A stretch of 64,000 nt of DNA. It comes from Nemertoderma westbladi. Taxonomy: Eukaryota > Animalia > Xenacoelomorpha. Positions within the stretch are counted from its first letter, which is position 1, and the number at the start of each line of letters is the position of its first letter. Made by a program: the position numbers and the translations under genes. The notes under the pieces were generated by a model. The model was not told the DNA's origin. It saw only the letters and a program-made list of their open reading frames with translations, and searched no databases. The stretch is from assembly GCA_032718475.1 (NCBI GenBank), contig JAUCBJ010008544.1:6248-70247 (forward strand), in the 5' to 3' direction. Positions 22,712-34,153 of this stretch are shown in pieces.

Positions 22712-25387
22712 GGCCGGTTTGCCTTCGGTTATCACACTCTCTGTTATCATCCTGATATCGTTTATTCTTGTAAAATTAGTTAATTCGGTTTCTTGTTGAA
22801 ACTTTATTTGATAAATCCTTTTGTAAAACTGTAAATATACTGCAATTTCCTGACATGTTTTCTTTTGGTCCGACTTCGGGACAGCCGAACACCAGGGAGA
22901 TGGCAGCCTAGATCGTTAGGCCGTAAGCAACGCAGGGAAGGGATGTCCACAACACGCTAGCGCCCACATTGGATCGACCGCGCACCCCCTTTGCCCCTTC
23001 GAAATGCTCAACTTGCTATGCAGCGCCCGCTTTGTGAGAAGGTAAGACTTTGTTCGACGCCCTTGCCCGCCGTAAGACCTATAGATCAGGGTAAGCGTGA
23101 CACCGTACTGGACGCCGCAAATTTAGGATCAAATAATTATATCCAGACACCCCCCCCCCCCTTTGTCAGTCCTACGAATCCCTGGGTTAACCTGTACTTC
23201 CTACAGGTGCGAACTATTGCCATTCGTCAGTACGCGAGTACATATTAGGTACGGACAGCATACGTTCCATAATTTAGTGATTCATAGCACTGACTGTTTG
23301 GTACCGGTTCGCTTTGTAGAACGTACATTAGTACCCCCCCCCCCCCTGTCTGGAGTTAGCTATTTGATCAGGCAAGGAGCATTTCTGCTACCGGCACACT
23401 GCTTGGCCTAGGGAGGTTTATTAATATCCTACCGCGCCTTGCCACGTACTGATAGGTATTGCTGCTAACTACCGCAGCAACAAAGTTCTAGAATTAAATT
23501 AGTATACCAGATCAGCTAACGTACGGTAGCGATTAACCCCTATTCTTATCTTACAACCAGAATCTGGTATTAGTGCCGATCACGGGTGTAGTTACTAACA
23601 CTGTGGTTGCCCATTGGGTTGTGGATAGGAAGGAGAGAGCTTTGACGTCATTCGTGAGTATAAAGTTCTACAAACGCGACTAGTTTATTTTAGTAGCTAG
23701 CGCACGGTATCATTTAGTCAGAAAATCACTAAAACCTAGTAAAAGGAATTACACGAAATTGTTTTATTTGTAACACACCCACACACACACGCCCTAAAAC
23801 ATATCGCCCTTAAAGTTCTACTAGCTATAGCGTACTATACATTACTTTAGGTGGAAATTATCTGTATTTGTAAAATTAGGATCTGATTTAGTTGCGGCAA
23901 GATAAGGAGTATTTCACTTTCGTTATTAAACTGTTGTTTGTCTGGACAACGGTATTGTTACATTTAGGCCTGACCTTTTAGACTGATTTCGTACAGGGGG
24001 ATCAGTTATTGTTACATTTAGGCACGACCTTTAGGCTGATTTCGACAGGGATGATCAGCATTGTTACACTAGGTCTGTTAACCACCTAGTTCGTATATAA
24101 CCCATATAAATCACACCGCGGCAAGTTACTGTATTTAGGACTGTCAGTGATAGTTAGGATTCGCTGCGCGGGGATTGTTTTCCCGTGAGTTTGGTCTGTT
24201 ACTGTAACTGTACATCTGCCTCACCGGTTAGAGGACAGGTATCCTTCTGTCTAGTACGTAGGCATTAGACCCGCTCACGTACATAGAATAGATACAAGGC
24301 TCTGTTCCTCGCCAGTAGTCGTTTGTGTACTATATCTGTTTGTTTAGATATCCTGGACTGGGATTTGTTGTCAGATACTGTACAAGCCCGTATACATTAC
24401 TAGAGTCTCATAGTAAGATACATCGTTACTAGGATCTGGTAAGCGGTATACTACTGGACCCTTACAGTAGGAAGTATATTATACAAATTCTGAAATTAGT
24501 GTATAGTATAGTTTAGATCTGCTAGCTATTGTAAGTAGGAGATATTTAAAAATTTAAGGTTAGTAAATTTAGTAATTTAGAACGTCCCCTGCTTCAGTAG
24601 GCTTTTAGGGTAGCTAGTACTTTCGTATTTAATATTTGACTAGCTAACAGTTAGTTTGTAGCACTTTGTTTTACGCCGTGTGTGTGCGGTGTTACTTTTC
24701 GGTACTTGAAAAGGTACATAGGGTTTAAAGACCAATTTGTATCGGTACCTAGGAAGATTTTTCGTAAGCGTAGAAGTAAAACTCTCACCTTCGACCTTTT
24801 CAGGACTCAAGGACTCATTTCTGGACCGCTTCGAGGATTAGACCGCTTTTCGCAAAGTTTGGGAGACAATAAATTCGTCCGCGCCGCCGAAAAACGGAAA
24901 GACCCACGTCCGGTTTGTATTTGGGAATTTGTACGACTGGAAGATCAAAGGAACGTAAGTTTTACGACTCGCGTCGTTCAAACTTAAGAAAGCACAGTAG
25001 TACTCAAAATTTGTGGGTTTCACTGTCTATTAGTAGTGTTGTTGGTACTTATTTTCCCGTTAGACGTTGCTGTTTGGCCTATTGTTTATACTTGTTGATC
25101 TACATTTTGTTAACGTATATCGTTATCTCACTTATTCGTACAAATTTAGCCGGTAGGCTAGATTACTACTTATTTTATTATATACCTTGTTAGTTTATTT
25201 GTACCGGTTAGGGTATATATATGATATATATATATATCAAGGTAAGTTTGACATTTGTACATTTCGACATTTTGACATTTCGACATTCTGACTTGTTGAT
25301 TTATTTGTACCGGTTAGGTAAGTTTAACACTTCAACATTCAGACACTTTGACATTTTATTATCCGTACTTGACGTATATAATAAGAC

Positions 25388-28300
25388 ATGAGTGACATAC
25401 CCCATTCGACGAGATACCCACCTACCGACTATGACTCGTGCGACCCGGACAGATCGACAGTAGACGAACCGAGAAGGAGAACCCGAGATTCCACCGATGT
25501 CACACCGCTTGCGTCGCCGGTACCCCGAACGGAAATACCGGAAACCGCAACGCGTGGCGACGGCAGAATCGAAGATTTCCTTACCGTCCCGCAGACTAGA
25601 TCGCGGGAACCGGACATGGTAAGTTCGACTGGAAGCCAGGAGAACGTTATTAGAAGTATAGGAGGACACATGGCCCAGATTACTCGGAACCTCGGAGAAG
25701 GTTTTCGCGTTTTACGCGAGTTAACCGCCCCGATGTCGAGATACGAGTTCTACACCTTACAGGTAAGGATAGAAAGTAGGGTACATGCCTCCGTAGATAA
25801 ACTTAAAGGTTTGCACGAACTTGCAGAGTTGCGTGGCGACAACTTTACTCAGGTAAAGATAGTAGATAAATTGGTAAGTGCGAGAGAAAGCCTTATCCAG
25901 TTTAAGTCGGTGATAAGATTGGCTCAACAGGAGCAGTTTGACCAACTGCTAGGTGAGTCAGTTTCGGACGCGTTGTTACAACCCGAAGAGGAAGAAGAAC
26001 TCTACTGCCTGGACGGAAGGTTGGAAACGCTGACCAATTTTCTTCGTAGATGCGGCGTACCGATCGACGAACCGGAAGTCGAACCACGAGGGACGACGGA
26101 AGTTCTCACTACGGAAGGCTCGCGAGCCTACCAACATCCACCACTGGATAGATCGTTCGTTAGCGTACGGAGCGACGTTGGCAACGTTGGCGACGTTAGT
26201 AGAACAGCGTCTGGAATTACTCGACAACAACAGGAGGTTGCACGCCGACAACAAGTCGCCGAGGAAGAAGCGCGACACCAGATGGCACAGATCGCCATCG
26301 AAGGAGAGAAACAACATAGAGAGGACGAGGCAAGAATTGCACAACTCAAGGCGCAAGCCGAATTCGAAGCTTCGGAAATGCGCAGACTGGAGGAGGACTT
26401 AGCGCGAGAAGCGGCGGCAGCAGCCGACGAGTTAGCACGGAAGAAAGCAGCATCCGATGCTCGTGCCAAGTTGGAGGCGCGACAAATAAACGCACGATTA
26501 GCTATACAGGAAGCGGAATTAGCGGCACAACAACAAGTAGCGGATCGACGCGAAAGGGAGATGCAACTACAGTTCGAATTGAATCGTAGATCGCGTGAGA
26601 CAGCGAACGCGCAAGCGGACCTCGAACTCGACGCGAGAGATAGATCTATAAGATCGCGAACTGGACACGACTTGTCTGCCCTGGATCGTATGGAAGCTCG
26701 ATATCGCGGAATACAGAAGCGGATCGAGGAAGGAAGTGTGGGAGCGATAGATCGAGGAGAGGAGTTCGTCGAGGATTACTGTAAACGTTTTCCCCAAGTT
26801 ATTCCTATGCTCAAACCCACGACTCCGATAAAACCGGTCTTCGTTACGAAACCTAAGGAAATAACGCCTGTGCGTTCGACGCAAGGCAACAGGTTTGTTG
26901 TGACGGAATTACCGCAACCTAGGGCGACTTCATCGCCAATTTTAGCAGGTAACATAACTAGTCCACCTACAGTAAGTCGTAGTCTACTTGTAGGAAGAGA
27001 GGAACCTGCGTTTATGACCATTAAACAGGTGAGTAAACCATTACAAGTTAAACCTGTGACGTGCTGCGCGAACCCAGTCATTTATAAACCTACAGTAGAC
27101 CTTAACCCTGATGTTTTTACTAGACCTCTCACCCAATGTTTAACGAGACCTACGACTTCGTGGAAGGCTTGCGAGCCTGCCGAACAACGGAGAGCCGTAG
27201 ATCTCAGATCACAACGAACTCGACCAAGGATAATACGCCGGACGCGAACCCGCCAACCACCTTATCCGGACGACAGCGATTCATCCAGTGACTTGGAGTC
27301 GACGGAACGGGAAATATTCCGTACTGGAGCGGCAGCGGCAGCGGATTACAAACGGGAGGAACGATCGACGAACCCCTATATTGACAATCCTCCACGAGAA
27401 ACACCCCAACAGAAACCCACGTTGCAACCAGCGGAAACGATCAGCGCCAAACAGTTCACCGAGATGACGGACAGAATAGCTCAACTCGAAGAACGACTCG
27501 AAGCGCAACCGTCGGATCGATCTCGAACCAGCGTGGAGTTGGAACAACCTAGACAACATCGACCACCGAGGAGAGAACAGGAGACTAGACGGACTCCGAC
27601 ACATCGAGAAGATGATCCCGTTAATAATTCCTACCGACGAACAACGCGCGGAAGGGAGCGACTGGACGACGCCGCCGAACAGGGACGCGGACAGTTGGAT
27701 TTAGTTAGCGAGATTGCGAAATTCGCGGCTAGACACGGATTACCGGCACAGCAACCGCCGAAGTTCTCTGGCAACGCGAAACACTGGCGCACACTGGTAG
27801 ACTACGTAGAGTCCCAGATCGCTAAGTGTGCTTTCACCTCGACGGAGAAGTTTAACTACTTGCTCCAAGTTCTGTCTGGTGAGCCGAAACGATTAGCGGA
27901 AACCTTTATTGGTGTTCCCGATGCCTTTGAGTTGGCGTACGACCGTTTGTATTCGATTTACGGCGGTAATGTCGCCATGGCTAAATCCATCATTGAAGAC
28001 CTCTGCAGAGGAGGCAACATTTCGAGACCGATCGACCTTTTACGACTCGCGGACGAAATAAAGAACGCTATAGGGACTTTACGGTCCATTGGACAACTCG
28101 AGTACGCTAACGCACCGACGGTTCTCATTCGAATAATCGGTCGACTTCATCATCGACTACGACGAGAATGGCGACGCATCGAGTACCAACGCGAAGAGGC
28201 CGGAGGGTTATTAAAACTCACCGATGTCTATCAACTTATTTCACGGGAGGCCGTGATCGAGACTCGATCGAACTATACCGATCACCATATCGCGGCGGAA

Positions 28301-31300
28301 GGGATAACTGTTTCTGCGCCGAATCGGACAAAACCATTTCCGACGAACGCGAAAGCCGTTACTTACGCCACCCCTACTGAGACTTCTAAAGTTCTGACGC
28401 CTATCGGCACCACGCAGCCACGACAACAGTTGCCGGCGGACTTTGTGGGATGCTCATACTGCGAGCGGAACGGCAGAAACCATAGCGGACATAAACTACG
28501 TGGATGTCGCGCTTTTAAAGAGTTAGGGATCGAGGAAAGGAGACTCCAAATCCGATCTCTAGATTCCTGTTGGAGATGTATGAAGCCAGGACACGTCCGG
28601 AAGGATTGCCCGAGCGACGATACATGTTCTTTGTGTGGACGTAACCATGACGCGTTGCTTCACACAACCAGTCATACTCCGACCAGACGCTTTCGACGAG
28701 AGCATCCAGATAAAGCGGCTAGATGCGACGCGCTTTATAAGGAGCGTGCGCCGCGCGAGATCCGTACCTTTTATACCGACTGTATGGATCAGTCAGGATC
28801 ATCGGACGAGGACGAGGAGGAAGACGACACTTTCTACGTGCATGCAGGTGAGGAACAGCCATCGATAACGCTCCTCACACAGAACCAATTGAAAGGGTTT
28901 AGCGTGATTCCTATAAAGATTACCGGAACCCGAGGGAGCAAGCGTATATACGCCATCTTAGACTCTGCGTCATCGCATAGCTATGTCGACGAACAAGTAG
29001 CCGACGTAGTTACGGACTTGAGTCAAGGTAAGACTGCTCAGTATACTGTAAGCAGCATGCATGGTAAGAGAGCGATTCCTGTGACGAGAGTAAAACTAAC
29101 CTTAGACACTCTTCTTTCCAAAGCGGAACACAGCAAGGAGGAGCGCTCATTACTTCCGGTAAGAAATTTGACCTTTGCAGCTACGAAGGACTTTAGTAAC
29201 TTGCTCGGCCCTGTGCCAGAGCAATCACCGGAAGATCGTAAGTATTTCCGACACCTTGGAATACCGGAATGTCCTGTCAATTATCGTTCCATTGCGATGT
29301 TAATTGGGACAGACCAGTTTAACTTACATCAGGTATGGGAGACACGCCCATCTGTTATTACAGCAGGCAACCCCTACGCATGTAGAACTCCCATAGGTTG
29401 GTATACTAGAGCACCAATACGTTCACTAGAGGTAAGTGACCAGGAGGACGACGTTTTGAGTACGTGTAGTTTATTGACTAACACGATAGATAATTCTCCT
29501 TCACACTCCTGTGGTCCAATTGTACGGACGGCACTACGACAGACTTGCGTCACTAACGCGGACGCCACCGATACTGACGTAACCGATCTGGACACGACCA
29601 TACGGACCTCTGACTTACAACTACTTGCAGTAGACCAGGTTGTATTGACTACTGAAGACCTGAGGGTTGTTGCTGTGGATGACTCGATGAACGAGGATTT
29701 TGGAAGGCTTGCGAGCCTACCGAAAAATCCGAAGGTCATTGACCCCACCCACCAGGCTTCGACACCGGTCGTTGATCTTGGAAGGCTTGCGAGCCTACCG
29801 ATAGATCAAGAAGTTGTCAAACCGCCGCACGACAATTCGACGCCGACTAGTGACACCGGAAGGCTTGCGAGCCTACCAGACACATTGACACTAGCCACCG
29901 CAGCGGACGAAGACGTGGACGAGGACCATGGCGCAGTGCAAGCAGCGTTTGACCGACTGCTGACTGAACGGACCATACAATGGTTGGAACAGGACTCAGC
30001 AGAACCCGGTAGTTACGAGACCGCTATGTCAGAACAGGAAAAACGGTCATTAAATATTATGAGAGATACCATTCGCCAGACTGCGAATGGCCACTATGAG
30101 GTTGGTATGTTGTGGCGCGATGGACAACCTAAGCTCGTTAACAATTACCCGCTTGCTTTGAGGCGACTCAAATCAATAAGGCAGCGATTGTTGCGAGACG
30201 AGACGGCCCATATGCAATACAACGCACAACTTCAGACGTATCTCCAAAAGGGATACGCCATTAGGATGTTAAATCCTGAGGTAACTACAGACCAGACATA
30301 TTACCTGCCACATCATTTTGTTCGACACCCGGACAAACCTGGCAAGGTGCGTGTAGTCAACGACTGCGCTGCGCTTTACCAAGGGATGTCTATGAACAGC
30401 GAACTGATGGACGGGCCGAATATGAATAATTACCTCATGGGAGTCCTAATGCGTTTTAGACAACGCAAAGTGGCTTTCACCTGTGACGTAGAGGCCATGT
30501 TTCACCAGGTTAAGGCTTTGGAGCGGGACAGGGACAGTTTGAGGTTTCTTTGGTATCCGGACGGAAACTTACAACTTCCGCCAGAAACTTACCAAATGCA
30601 GGTAAGAGTATTCGGAGCCAGGGACAGCCCCAACTGCACCATGTACGCATTGAAGCAGACAGCATTGGACAGACGAGACCAATTTGACCCAGAAGTAGTT
30701 CGGACCGTGGAACGAGATTTCTACGTGGATGACGGCCTCAAGAGTTGTGACACCTTGGAGCGCGCTACAACCGTAGCACACCAACTCCAGGATTGTCTCG
30801 CTGAGGGCGGATTTCACCTGACGAAGTTCGCTTCCAACGAACCCGAACTGGTGAACTCATTTGACCCGACGGATCGTAGCGGAGGTGACTTGGACTTAGA
30901 CCTAGAACCTCTGCCGACGACCAAAGTATTAGGACTTAGTTGGGACCCTAACACCGACAATTTTAGGGTACGTGTAAGGTCCAACGACCAGACTAGACCT
31001 CTCACTAAGAGGACTTGCTTATCGACTATGAGTCGATTGTATGACCCATTGTGTTTCATTAGTCCAGTGATCCTACATGCCAGGATCATACTCCGCAGCA
31101 TTTGGCAAGCCGGACTGGAATGGGACGATCCCATCCCAGAAAAGTTAGCTGAGCGATGGAGGGACTGGGAAGCCCAACTGACGTTCCTACAAGACTATAC
31201 CATACCGAGGGTATACTTTCCTTTACAAACCACCTTTCCTGCCGATTTAGAGCTTCACAGCTTTAGTGACGCTAGCAAGGATGGATTGGGGGTTACTTTA

Positions 31301-34153
31301 TACCTTAGACGACAAGTGACATCGGACAGCTACGATGTGTCTCTCGTTACTTCAAGGGCTAGAACAATGCCATTGAAGTATATGACTGTACCTCGTGGGG
31401 AGCTGCAAGCCGGGACGATATCCACCGATATTGTCAGTCTAGTTCAACGCGAGCTGGAGGCTAACTTGAAGGTCACATATTGGACGGATGCGACGTTGGT
31501 ACTTTGGTACATAAACAACGAAACATTCGAGTTCAAGACTTTCGTAGCCAACAGACGGGCTGAAATACTAGACCGGTCGCTCAATCAAGATTGGCGTCAC
31601 TGTCCAGGGAAGCTGAACCCAGCTGACATCGCGTCACGGGGAATGCAACCACTTGACTTTTGTAAACCGGACAATAAATCCTTTTGGTTTAGAGGACCCG
31701 ATTTCCTACAGCGACCATCAGACGAATGGCCACCGTTATTCGACGCGACAACCAACACCATACCAGAGGGTGCCGAGATAAAACTCGACAAGGTTGTCAA
31801 GTCTAAAGCGAAAGCCAACGCCAAGGTCAAAAGGAAAAAAGGACGGACGAAATCTGATGACCTGGACGCCAGACCTGACATTACGCCAGACGTCTCGCCA
31901 GACACTCGACCAGACGCTTGTACGAATCCTTCGCCGGATGTTCCGCGGGAGATTTCACCAGACGTTTCGCCGGATTGTTCACCAGATTACTCGCCAGACT
32001 ATTCACCAGAAGAGACACCAGATTGTTCTCCGGATTGTTCGCCAGATTGTTTGATGGAACTCTCGACAGAATGTCTACCGGACGTCTCACCAGACTGTTC
32101 ACCAGACATCTCGACAGACTGTCCACCAGACTGTCTACCAGACTTTGAACCAGACTTTCTGACAGAAGTTACGCTAGACAGACTTTGGGACCGACGACAG
32201 GACATTTCGCCGGATGTTCCGCGCTATGTCTCACCAGACGTCTCACCAGACTGTTCACCAGACGCTTCACCAGACTGTCTACTAGACACTCCATTAGAAG
32301 ACCCATTGGAGCGGACATTTAGAGACGTACCAAATTCGACTTCTTTGGACGACAGAGATGTGGCCACAGGGATTACACTCCGCTCGAAGAAGGTACTTGA
32401 CTTACCTACAGGTAAACGTGTGACTAAGGTTAGGAAGCTTACAGGCTCACAGGAACACACTGACGCTGTAGAGTTGAAACCATTACTGCCAGTCGACACA
32501 TTAGGTGCGGACGGTAAAGGTAAGACCGTAGAGATTGACGTACTTGGGGACTCAGACAAACCTACCGGAAGGCCCGTGGGCCTACCAAGTCCAGACAAGT
32601 ATCCACACTACGACTACACCTTACCCGATGACGTCACTAACACTTACGTTGACAGGATAGTGAACCTAACTAGATCATGGACTGACGCGTGCCGCAAGTT
32701 AGCATGGCTCAAACGATTGAGACAATATGCCAGAGGCAAACGCGACTTTCCTAGAAGACTTACCTTAAAGGAAATTGGCCACTGTGAAGTTGATATCATT
32801 CGACATTATCAATTGCGATATTTCGCACGAGAGTTCACAGCGATCAAACAAGGTAAACAGATTAAGTCTTCACCGATTTTGAGTTGGAGTCCGATTATTT
32901 ACCGGGGCTTACTTTGTCACAAGTCCAGACTCCAAAACATCGACTTTGCACTTGACTTTAGGTATCCTATCATCATACCGCAACACCATGAGTTACAGCG
33001 CGCTATGATACTGGACGCACATGTACAACTCAAACACGTAGGTAGACACCACTGTCTATCACACTTACGCTCGAGGTTTGTACTGATTAGACCTAGTAAG
33101 GCACTGAGTTCAGTAACACGGAACTGTATTATTTGTAAGAAGGTGCACGCGAGGATAGGACACCAAGAAATGAGTGAACTACCACTAGCAAGATTACAGG
33201 CGTTTAGACCCCCTTTCACTGAGACAGGGATAGACTGTTTTGGACCCATAATCGCGAAACGCGGAAGGGTACAGGTAAAACGTTGGGGATTGATCTTCAC
33301 TTGCATGGCCAGCAGAGCTGTCCATATAGAGCGAGTGACAGACTTGTCCACCAATGCCTTTATCCTAGCCTTACGGCGATTTATCGCTAGACGTGGATTG
33401 GTCAAATCCATATACTGCGACCAAGGGACAAACTTTGTGGGTGCACGGAACGAGATAACCAGAGCTTTGAGAAAATTGGACCAAAACCAGATTTCCGAGG
33501 AACTACGTCCTCACCGTATTGTTTGGTTTTTCAATACTCCAGACAGTCCGTGGAGAGGCGGCGTTTGGGAAAGGCTGATTGGCTCAATAAAGACAGCTAT
33601 GGCTAAAGTCGTACCGACGCAACACATCTTGACAGACGACCAACTGACGACGTTACTAATAGAAATCGAAGCAATCTTAAATACCAGACCGATCGCTTTG
33701 ATCCCAGACAATAACGACGTACAGTTTGCCTTGACACCAGCGCACCTGCTTATGCAGGCGCCGACGACACTGTTGCCCATTTCGGTACCCGTTGATAGTG
33801 ACGGATACGGCAACAAGGCTTGGAAAATCACTCAATTGCTTGCAAATAAATTCTGGGAAATATGGCAGAAATATTATTTGCCCTCTATTTCGACCAGAAC
33901 CTCTTGGTATCTAAATACCCGATGTTTAAGACGTGGTGACCATGTTTTATTGGCTGAAGCTAATCTGAAAAGACGGTTTTGGCTGACTGGAGTCATTTTG
34001 ACCACGCACCCTACATCTGGTGTAGTGAGGACAGTTACTGTACGGACTATCGACGGTCGTACCGTAGACAGACCTGTACAACGTCTCGTACTCCTTGAGG
34101 AGACTAGAAACGAGACGGGAGACTACAAATCTCCACCCAATATTAGTAAATAG
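25388..34153 (+). CDS. BEL/Pao Gag-Pol polyprotein (Gag with 3 Cys/His boxes, protease, RT, RNase H, integrase)
   Basis: PKFSG..W gag motif; CSYC..H..C, CWRC..GH..C, CSLC..H..LLH; ILDSAS; YYLPHH, DVEAMFHQV, FYVDD; FSDAS; NPADIASRG; GIDCFGP, CDQGTNF, GGVWERLI. Uninterrupted 2921 aa. Confidence 0.97.
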   Translation: MSDIPHSTRYPPTDYDSCDPDRSTVDEPRRRTRDSTDVTPLASPVPRTEIPETATRGDGRIEDFLTVPQTRSREPDMVSSTGSQENVIRSIGGHMAQITRNLGEGFRVLRELTAPMSRYEFYTLQVRIESRVHASVDKLKGLHELAELRGDNFTQVKIVDKLVSARESLIQFKSVIRLAQQEQFDQLLGESVSDALLQPEEEEELYCLDGRLETLTNFLRRCGVPIDEPEVEPRGTTEVLTTEGSRAYQHPPLDRSFVSVRSDVGNVGDVSRTASGITRQQQEVARRQQVAEEEARHQMAQIAIEGEKQHREDEARIAQLKAQAEFEASEMRRLEEDLAREAAAAADELARKKAASDARAKLEARQINARLAIQEAELAAQQQVADRREREMQLQFELNRRSRETANAQADLELDARDRSIRSRTGHDLSALDRMEARYRGIQKRIEEGSVGAIDRGEEFVEDYCKRFPQVIPMLKPTTPIKPVFVTKPKEITPVRSTQGNRFVVTELPQPRATSSPILAGNITSPPTVSRSLLVGREEPAFMTIKQVSKPLQVKPVTCCANPVIYKPTVDLNPDVFTRPLTQCLTRPTTSWKACEPAEQRRAVDLRSQRTRPRIIRRTRTRQPPYPDDSDSSSDLESTEREIFRTGAAAAADYKREERSTNPYIDNPPRETPQQKPTLQPAETISAKQFTEMTDRIAQLEERLEAQPSDRSRTSVELEQPRQHRPPRREQETRRTPTHREDDPVNNSYRRTTRGRERLDDAAEQGRGQLDLVSEIAKFAARHGLPAQQPPKFSGNAKHWRTLVDYVESQIAKCAFTSTEKFNYLLQVLSGEPKRLAETFIGVPDAFELAYDRLYSIYGGNVAMAKSIIEDLCRGGNISRPIDLLRLADEIKNAIGTLRSIGQLEYANAPTVLIRIIGRLHHRLRREWRRIEYQREEAGGLLKLTDVYQLISREAVIETRSNYTDHHIAAEGITVSAPNRTKPFPTNAKAVTYATPTETSKVLTPIGTTQPRQQLPADFVGCSYCERNGRNHSGHKLRGCRAFKELGIEERRLQIRSLDSCWRCMKPGHVRKDCPSDDTCSLCGRNHDALLHTTSHTPTRRFRREHPDKAARCDALYKERAPREIRTFYTDCMDQSGSSDEDEEEDDTFYVHAGEEQPSITLLTQNQLKGFSVIPIKITGTRGSKRIYAILDSASSHSYVDEQVADVVTDLSQGKTAQYTVSSMHGKRAIPVTRVKLTLDTLLSKAEHSKEERSLLPVRNLTFAATKDFSNLLGPVPEQSPEDRKYFRHLGIPECPVNYRSIAMLIGTDQFNLHQVWETRPSVITAGNPYACRTPIGWYTRAPIRSLEVSDQEDDVLSTCSLLTNTIDNSPSHSCGPIVRTALRQTCVTNADATDTDVTDLDTTIRTSDLQLLAVDQVVLTTEDLRVVAVDDSMNEDFGRLASLPKNPKVIDPTHQASTPVVDLGRLASLPIDQEVVKPPHDNSTPTSDTGRLASLPDTLTLATAADEDVDEDHGAVQAAFDRLLTERTIQWLEQDSAEPGSYETAMSEQEKRSLNIMRDTIRQTANGHYEVGMLWRDGQPKLVNNYPLALRRLKSIRQRLLRDETAHMQYNAQLQTYLQKGYAIRMLNPEVTTDQTYYLPHHFVRHPDKPGKVRVVNDCAALYQGMSMNSELMDGPNMNNYLMGVLMRFRQRKVAFTCDVEAMFHQVKALERDRDSLRFLWYPDGNLQLPPETYQMQVRVFGARDSPNCTMYALKQTALDRRDQFDPEVVRTVERDFYVDDGLKSCDTLERATTVAHQLQDCLAEGGFHLTKFASNEPELVNSFDPTDRSGGDLDLDLEPLPTTKVLGLSWDPNTDNFRVRVRSNDQTRPLTKRTCLSTMSRLYDPLCFISPVILHARIILRSIWQAGLEWDDPIPEKLAERWRDWEAQLTFLQDYTIPRVYFPLQTTFPADLELHSFSDASKDGLGVTLYLRRQVTSDSYDVSLVTSRARTMPLKYMTVPRGELQAGTISTDIVSLVQRELEANLKVTYWTDATLVLWYINNETFEFKTFVANRRAEILDRSLNQDWRHCPGKLNPADIASRGMQPLDFCKPDNKSFWFRGPDFLQRPSDEWPPLFDATTNTIPEGAEIKLDKVVKSKAKANAKVKRKKGRTKSDDLDARPDITPDVSPDTRPDACTNPSPDVPREISPDVSPDCSPDYSPDYSPEETPDCSPDCSPDCLMELSTECLPDVSPDCSPDISTDCPPDCLPDFEPDFLTEVTLDRLWDRRQDISPDVPRYVSPDVSPDCSPDASPDCLLDTPLEDPLERTFRDVPNSTSLDDRDVATGITLRSKKVLDLPTGKRVTKVRKLTGSQEHTDAVELKPLLPVDTLGADGKGKTVEIDVLGDSDKPTGRPVGLPSPDKYPHYDYTLPDDVTNTYVDRIVNLTRSWTDACRKLAWLKRLRQYARGKRDFPRRLTLKEIGHCEVDIIRHYQLRYFAREFTAIKQGKQIKSSPILSWSPIIYRGLLCHKSRLQNIDFALDFRYPIIIPQHHELQRAMILDAHVQLKHVGRHHCLSHLRSRFVLIRPSKALSSVTRNCIICKKVHARIGHQEMSELPLARLQAFRPPFTETGIDCFGPIIAKRGRVQVKRWGLIFTCMASRAVHIERVTDLSTNAFILALRRFIARRGLVKSIYCDQGTNFVGARNEITRALRKLDQNQISEELRPHRIVWFFNTPDSPWRGGVWERLIGSIKTAMAKVVPTQHILTDDQLTTLLIEIEAILNTRPIALIPDNNDVQFALTPAHLLMQAPTTLLPISVPVDSDGYGNKAWKITQLLANKFWEIWQKYYLPSISTRTSWYLNTRCLRRGDHVLLAEANLKRRFWLTGVILTTHPTSGVVRTVTVRTIDGRTVDRPVQRLVLLEETRNETGDYKSPPNISK
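31860..32290 (+). repeat. 12-bp-unit coding repeat (SPDC/SPDV) inside pol, between RNase H and integrase
   Basis: TCACCAGACTGT-like units. Confidence 0.85.

Larger units (their letters stand above)
22206..24466 (+). repeat. 5' LTR of the inner element (2261 bp)
   Basis: Nearly identical to 39461-41723; the differences are mostly 1-bp indels. Confidence 0.97.

Noticed and set aside
23160-23225. HDV-like ribozyme around the primer hairpin (GG-P4-GCGAA resemblance)
   Set aside because: Could not build P2 or a canonical P3/L3 by eye; an Infernal or RNArobo search is needed.
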